The notes below the pieces were generated by a model. The model was not told the DNA's origin, ran no database searches, and saw only the letters and a list, made by a program, of their open reading frames with translations. 64,000 bases of DNA from Rhizomicrobium sp. (GTDB lineage Bacteria; Pseudomonadota; Alphaproteobacteria; Micropepsales; Micropepsaceae). Position numbers and translations under genes: made by a program. Numbering within the stretch: position 1 is the first letter of the stretch; each line of letters starts with the position of its first letter. The stretch is taken from the NCBI GenBank assembly GCA_050728855.1, contig JBOHKI010000003.1:43894-107893 (forward strand). The letters are read 5' to 3'. Positions 59,018 through 64,000 of this stretch are shown piece after piece.

Positions 59018-60081
59018 GGCTTGGGCGGAGTCTTGGCCGCCAATGGCTTCAACAGGCTGTCGAGACCGGTCATGAAGAGCTGGCCTTCGGGTGCGGGGAG
59101 CTTATAGGCCCAGCCGTCCGTGCGCGCGTCGATTTCGCGCGCCTCGCGCGCCGCAAGCGCCTTGCCCGGCGCGCTGTCAGCCGCGACGGTCGCCCAATAG
59201 TCGTCGCCCTGCTTGATCGTCTGGACGGTCACGGACAGGCCGTCGAAGGTCTTGGTGATATGCCGCGCGGCGTCGCCGAAATCGAAGTCCCTGGCCGGCC
59301 GCGCGTCGTCGAAGGTGAAGCCGGCGACGGCTGTGGCCACGGCGTCCGCCGCGCCCGGATCGCTCAGTTCGCGGCCCTTGGGCAGGTCGGCGACCGCGAA
59401 GTCGGCGTCACTCGGCTTCTCGCGCCGCGCTTCATAGGACTCGCCGCCCGCGGGATCGACGTCGACCTCGGCGATGCGGGCGCGGTCGACATCCATCACG
59501 TTCTTTTCGATCCAGTCCGAAGCACCGCTCTTGAATTCAACCGGGCTCTTCACCAGCCAGCTTTGGCTGGAATCGGGCTTGCGCACGAACAGGCCGATGG
59601 AGCCGTTGGGATCGCCGATATCCACGCTCTTGCCCACGATCATCGCGGCCAGCACGCGGTTGTGATCGTCTCGCAGCTCGATCAGGGTGCCGTCGCCCTT
59701 CGGCGGCGCGCCCAGGCCCACCTTCGGCAGCCAGTCCCGCCGCGCGGTCTTGGGCTCGATGGTCATGAGCGCGGCAAAGCCGACGATCGTTCCCTTGAGC
59801 GTCTCGAACGATGCCGGATAGTCGTTGCGTTGCGGGATCACCCACCCCTTGTAGGGCTTGAGGACGACGTCGAACGTGCCCGCCTTCGATTCCACATGGA
59901 TGCGCGCGATCTCGCGGATATGGCTTGCGAGATTGGGGAAGAAGGATTGCGGCGTCTCGCGCGGCGCGACTTCGCGCTGCTCGGCGTTGAGCGCCAGGAT
60001 CGCCAGCGCGATGCTCGCGAACGCCGCCAGCGCGAGGATCGCGAGATTGCGGCGGCGCGGGTCGTTGAGGATCGGGTTCAT
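59014..60081 (-). CDS. DUF4340-like periplasmic protein
   Basis: N-terminal TM; position after GldG-like gene; W.I...DYPA and W...VMDVD..RI motifs. Confidence 0.7.
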   Translation of the reverse strand: MNPILNDPRRRNLAILALAAFASIALAILALNAEQREVAPRETPQSFFPNLASHIREIARIHVESKAGTFDVVLKPYKGWVIPQRNDYPASFETLKGTIVGFAALMTIEPKTARRDWLPKVGLGAPPKGDGTLIELRDDHNRVLAAMIVGKSVDIGDPNGSIGLFVRKPDSSQSWLVKSPVEFKSGASDWIEKNVMDVDRARIAEVDVDPAGGESYEARREKPSDADFAVADLPKGRELSDPGAADAVATAVAGFTFDDARPARDFDFGDAARHITKTFDGLSVTVQTIKQGDDYWATVAADSAPGKALAAREAREIDARTDGWAYKLPAPEGQLFMTGLDSLLKPLAAKTPPKP

Positions 60082-60088
60082 GGCCGCC

Positions 60089-61969
60089 TCACAACGGGAT
60101 CGCGCGCGCACGGCGGCGGCGGCGTACGATGGCAAGGCCGATGGCGAAAAGCGCCACGAGCAGGGGAACGAGCGCGATATTCACCAGCGCCAGGATTTCG
60201 CCCAGCAAGTCGATGTCCTTGCGCAGATTGTGCTGCAGGTCGCGCAGCTGGGCGCGAGTGTCGGCGAGATCGCGCTTGAAGCGCTGGATTTCTGCCTGCT
60301 GCTCCGGCGTGAGCGACGCCGAATTGACCGGCTGGCCGTTGGTCGATCCGCCCTGCTGGAGCGCGCGCAGACGGCTCTCCGTGTCGGTCATGCGGGTCTG
60401 GAGCGCGTCGGCTTCCTGCTGGAACTGCGCCTGCGCCTCGGCCTGGAGCTTCTTGACCACGGTGAAGGGCCGGTCGTTGGTCGCCCGCGTGCGCAGCGAG
60501 ATGAGGTCGCTGGAGCCTGTGAGGTTCTCCACCGCGTTGATGACGAAGGCGGCGTTGTCGGCGAAGGGGGAGGCGACCTTCTTGCCGTAGAGATCCTCGA
60601 CATGGACCCAGAAGCGGTCGTCGAAGATGTCGCTGTCGGCCATCACCACGACATTGATGGTCTTGGCCTCCTTCACCTGCGCCGCGGCGCCCGGCGCCAT
60701 GGCCGCGCCGTTGGGATACGCCGTACGAGCGGGGCCGGAAATGCGCGCGGCGATCGTGAAAGGGTGTCCCGCGGGCTCGATCGCAGTCATCAGATCTTGC
60801 GGCCGCGGGTTGAAGCGGACCTGCGTGGCATCCAGCAGTCCCGCTGCGTTGGAACTGGAGACCAGCGGCTGGAATGTCGTGGTGGCGCCCTTGGCCGGGC
60901 TGAGCGCGCCGGCGCTGGCAAGGTTCAACACCTGAAGTGTCGCGGTGATCTGGTCGCCGGTGTCGAACTGGTCCGACGTCAGGTGCAGCCACACCGGATA
61001 GCTCGCCACCGGATTGCGCGGATCGCCGATCTGCACCCGCTGCGCCAGCTTGCGGTCGCCGACGATCTTGTTGGGGTCGTAGGAAATCCCCCAGGCCCGG
61101 AACAGCTGCGGCAGGTCTGACGAAACCGGCCCGCTGCCTTGCCCGCCGGCCTGCGCGATCTCCGAATAGGGATCGACGAAGACGAGCGCGCGGCCGCCCT
61201 TCAGCACGAACTGGTCGATGGCGTAGGACTGCGCCTGGCTGAGCGGTGCGGGATGAACGATCATCAGCACGTCGACGCCGGCCGGAATGCTCGTGAATGA
61301 CGGGTCGAGCATCTGGGTGTCGTAGCTCTTCGCCAGTTCCTGATAGATCACGAAGGGCTGGCTCGCGCCCTGCATCATCGCGGCCATGCCCCCTGCGCCC
61401 GTGTCGAGCGGAAGGCTGGTGACAATGGCGAGCTTGGGCTTTTTGGGATTGGCGAGGCGATAGATCAGCGAGGTGATGTCGTATTCGAGATAGTTCTCCC
61501 GCTCCTGGCTGAAGAACGGGATGACTTCGCGCCCGTCGATGGAGTTCGTGCCGACCAGCCCGAAATAGACCATGTCGCCGGAATCCGTGGGCGCGCCGGT
61601 GAGACCGTCCGCGACCGCCTCGTCTTCCTGCTCGGTATAGGGCTCGGGATCGACCTCCTGGAGGATGATCTTGCCGCCGCTGAGCGCCTGGTATTCCCGC
61701 AGCAGGTCGCGCACGCGTCCGGCATAGGTGTTGATCTGCGCATAGTCGGACGCGATCTTGCGCGAGAAAAAGAACTTGATGTGGATCGGCTCTTCCAGCC
61801 CGGCGATGATGTTGCGCGTGCCCTTGGCCAGCGTGAAGGCGCCGGTCTCGGTCAGGTCGAGGCGCGCGGTGGTGATCGTGGCGTCGGCAGCGATGTTGAG
61901 CCCGACGAAAACGATCGCGGCCAGGATCAGCGCGGTCAGCGCATAGAGGCGGCGGGAGAGCGGCGTCAT
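60089..61969 (-). CDS. GldG-like ABC auxiliary component
   Basis: RLDLTETGAFTLAKGT, EYDITSLI, DQFVLKGGRALVFVDP, VMADSD, N.VE.LTG..LISLR, C-terminal coiled coil plus TM. Confidence 0.85.
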   Translation of the reverse strand: MTPLSRRLYALTALILAAIVFVGLNIAADATITTARLDLTETGAFTLAKGTRNIIAGLEEPIHIKFFFSRKIASDYAQINTYAGRVRDLLREYQALSGGKIILQEVDPEPYTEQEDEAVADGLTGAPTDSGDMVYFGLVGTNSIDGREVIPFFSQERENYLEYDITSLIYRLANPKKPKLAIVTSLPLDTGAGGMAAMMQGASQPFVIYQELAKSYDTQMLDPSFTSIPAGVDVLMIVHPAPLSQAQSYAIDQFVLKGGRALVFVDPYSEIAQAGGQGSGPVSSDLPQLFRAWGISYDPNKIVGDRKLAQRVQIGDPRNPVASYPVWLHLTSDQFDTGDQITATLQVLNLASAGALSPAKGATTTFQPLVSSSNAAGLLDATQVRFNPRPQDLMTAIEPAGHPFTIAARISGPARTAYPNGAAMAPGAAAQVKEAKTINVVVMADSDIFDDRFWVHVEDLYGKKVASPFADNAAFVINAVENLTGSSDLISLRTRATNDRPFTVVKKLQAEAQAQFQQEADALQTRMTDTESRLRALQQGGSTNGQPVNSASLTPEQQAEIQRFKRDLADTRAQLRDLQHNLRKDIDLLGEILALVNIALVPLLVALFAIGLAIVRRRRRARAIPL

Positions 61970-61973
61970 CGCG

Positions 61974-62708
61974 CTACCCCGCCTTCTTGAGGTCGACGGC
62001 CACGATATTGGCCGCGAGGAACAGGGCGATCAGCGAGAAGAAGTAGATCAGGTCGCGCAAATCGATCACGCCCTGGGTGATGGAGGAGAAATGCGTGATG
62101 AAGCTGAAGGACGACACCGCGTTGACCACCGCGAACGGCGCCCAGGCACGGAAGAACTCCAGAACGAACGGCGCACCGGAAATCGTGAACAGGAAGCAGA
62201 CCACGACGCTGACGACGAAGGCGATGACCGGGTTGCTGGTGGTCGCGGAGATCGCCGAGCCGATGGCGAGATAGCCGCCCGCCATAAGGAAGCTGCCGAT
62301 ATAGCTGGCCACGATCACGCCGTTGTCGGGATGGCCAAGGAAGTTGACGGTGATCCAGATCGGAAAGGTCAGCGCCAGCGCCACGCCGGTGAACGCCCAC
62401 GCCGCCAGGAACTTGCCGAGCACGGTAGCCCACAGTGGGACGGGCAGGGTGAGCAGCAGTTCCATCGTGCCGCTGCGGCGTTCCTCCGCCCACAGCCGCA
62501 TCGACAGCGCCGGCACCAGGAACAGGTAGAGCCAGGGGTGATAGGCGAAGAACACCGAAAGATCGGCGACGCCGTTGTCGTAGAAGCGGCCGATATAGAA
62601 GGTGAAGCAGCCCATCGCGATCAGGAAGATCACGATGAAGACGTAGGCGAGCGGCGTGGCGAAATAGGCCAGGAATTCGCGCTTGAAGATGGTCCAGACC
62701 TGGCTCAC
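61974..62708 (-). CDS. ABC-2 permease (GldF-like)
   Basis: REFLAYFATPLAYVF, MRLWAEERRSGTMELLLTLP, GVIDLRD. Confidence 0.9.
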   Translation of the reverse strand: MSQVWTIFKREFLAYFATPLAYVFIVIFLIAMGCFTFYIGRFYDNGVADLSVFFAYHPWLYLFLVPALSMRLWAEERRSGTMELLLTLPVPLWATVLGKFLAAWAFTGVALALTFPIWITVNFLGHPDNGVIVASYIGSFLMAGGYLAIGSAISATTSNPVIAFVVSVVVCFLFTISGAPFVLEFFRAWAPFAVVNAVSSFSFITHFSSITQGVIDLRDLIYFFSLIALFLAANIVAVDLKKAG

Positions 62709-63676
62709 GCGCGGCTCTCCCGCGCGCGCGTGGCGTCATGCGTGGTGATGGCGCGGAACACATCATCCAGGCGGCCGGATTCCACGTGGAGCCGCTTCAG
62801 CGCCCAGTGTTCGCTCGCGATGAGGCGGCTGATATCCTCGGCGAGGATGCTTTGGCTCTTGGGAAACGCCGTGAGATCCACCAGGCCGCCGGGCAGCGCC
62901 GTCTCGTCGACGCCGGCGACGCCCGCCAGCGCCCTCAGCCTGGCCTTCGCGCGTTCCGCCTGGTCGGCGGGCAGGGTGAGCGTGACGGCGTTGTGATGGC
63001 GCGAGCGCGCGAGCAGTTCGGCCGGCGTTCCGTCCGCCACCACGCGGCCGCGGTCGATGATCACCGCGCGCGTGCAGATTGCTTCCACTTCCTCCAGGAG
63101 ATGTGTGGACACGATGATCGCCTTTTCCGGCGCCATCTTGCGGATCAGGGTGCGCACCGCGTGTTTCTGGTTCGGATCGAGTCCGTCCGTCGGCTCGTCC
63201 ATGATCAGCACGGCGGGATCGTGCAGGATCGCCTGCGCCAGCCCGACGCGTCGCTTGAAGCCCTTGGACAGCGTCTCGATGGGCTGATCGAGCACGGGGT
63301 CGAGCTCTGTGCCCGCCACCGCGTCGGCCATCGCCTGCTTGGCGGCGGCGCCGCGCAGGCTGCGCACTTCCGCGATGAAGGCGAGGAATTGGCGCGGTGT
63401 CATGTCGCCATAGGCGGGCGCGCCTTCCGGCAGATAGCCGATCGTGCGCTGGGCAGCGATGGCATCGGTGGCGAGATCGTGGCCGCACACCCGCACCGTG
63501 CCGCCGCTCGGCGTGAGGTAGCCCGTCACCATCTTCATGGTGGTGGATTTTCCGGCGCCGTTCGGCCCCAGGAAGCCCAGCACTTCGCCCTTGCTCACCG
63601 TGAGATCGATCCCGGCAACGGCCGCGATGGTGCCGAATTGCTTCGTCAGGCCGGAGATTTCGATCATGGCGGGCAT
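62705..63676 (-). CDS. ABC transporter ATP-binding protein (GldA-like)
   Basis: GPNGAGKST, LSKGFKRRVGLAQA, IMDEPTDGLDP, STHLL. Confidence 0.93.
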   Translation of the reverse strand: MPAMIEISGLTKQFGTIAAVAGIDLTVSKGEVLGFLGPNGAGKSTTMKMVTGYLTPSGGTVRVCGHDLATDAIAAQRTIGYLPEGAPAYGDMTPRQFLAFIAEVRSLRGAAAKQAMADAVAGTELDPVLDQPIETLSKGFKRRVGLAQAILHDPAVLIMDEPTDGLDPNQKHAVRTLIRKMAPEKAIIVSTHLLEEVEAICTRAVIIDRGRVVADGTPAELLARSRHHNAVTLTLPADQAERAKARLRALAGVAGVDETALPGGLVDLTAFPKSQSILAEDISRLIASEHWALKRLHVESGRLDDVFRAITTHDATRARESRA

Positions 63677-63767
63677 AACCGGGCCTTAGAGAAATCGCCG
63701 AGTCGCCGCAAGACCATGGAAATTAAGGAATAGCCATCGACCTCGGACCGTTGCCCGCATGCGCCAC

Positions 63768-63795
63768 TTGACTTGATTGATCGTTCAACTAGTGT
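63768..63795 (+). promoter_or_regulatory. Promoter with overlapping palindromic TetR operator
   Basis: TTGACT-N16-TAGTGT; imperfect palindrome TTGATTGATCGTTCAA (63773-63788) fills the spacer. Confidence 0.6.
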
Positions 63796-63802
63796 GATCC
63801 CC

Positions 63803-64000
63803 ATGCCCGACGACACAAGAACCAGACTGGTCCTCACCGCCATGCGGCTGTTCTCCGAAAAGGGCTATGAGTCCACGAGCGTGGCGGACATCCTGAAGGC
63901 GGCGGGCGCCAATTCGGGCAGCCTCTACCATTTCTTCCCGACCAAGCAGGACCTGCTGCTGGAAGTGCTGCGCCTGTATCGCGACGGCATCGCGCCCATG
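63803..64000 (+). CDS. TetR/AcrR family regulator (truncated by window edge)
   Basis: TRLVLTAMRLFSEKGYESTSVADILKAAGANSGSLYHFFPTKQDLL helix-turn-helix. Confidence 0.9.
   Translation, partial: MPDDTRTRLVLTAMRLFSEKGYESTSVADILKAAGANSGSLYHFFPTKQDLLLEVLRLYRDGIAPM

Noticed and set aside
60089-63676. Gliding motility system
   Set aside because: Only the generic GldA/F/G-like ABC module is present; none of the Bacteroidetes GldJ-N/Spr machinery is seen

Overview
A high-GC alphaproteobacterial chromosome segment (Caulobacterales/Micropepsales-like gene content; the taxon is inferred, not determined). It is mostly housekeeping and envelope/lipid metabolism: typA, hisN, carB, greA, chvI-chvG-EIIA-HPr, an RND pump, a TonB-dependent receptor, an autotransporter, an OPT transporter, three acyl-CoA dehydrogenases, esterases, a Rieske oxygenase and a GldA/F/G-like ABC operon. 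There is no prophage, transposase, rRNA, canonical tRNA or CRISPR array. Cell-surface and development modules are a holdfast-anchor operon hfaA-hfaB-hfaD with an intact sigma54 promoter, and a Cle-type c-di-GMP-binding CheY protein paired with an Hpt protein. Accessory items are a brnT-brnA toxin-antitoxin pair, an orphan VapB-like antitoxin and an AT-rich two-TM/CBS-like gene. At least eight large intergenic palindromic (REP/REPIN-like) elements from several families occur, some nested. The most unusual feature is in the ORF-free kilobase at 44624-45641. It is a candidate structured non-coding RNA of about 225 nt (44950-45174) with its own promoter, a leader hairpin, paired 5'/3' ends finishing in CCA, a tRNA-type T-loop and a trailer hairpin. 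It is bracketed by two same-orientation copies of one palindromic repeat. All family assignments come from motif recognition by eye; no database searches were run.
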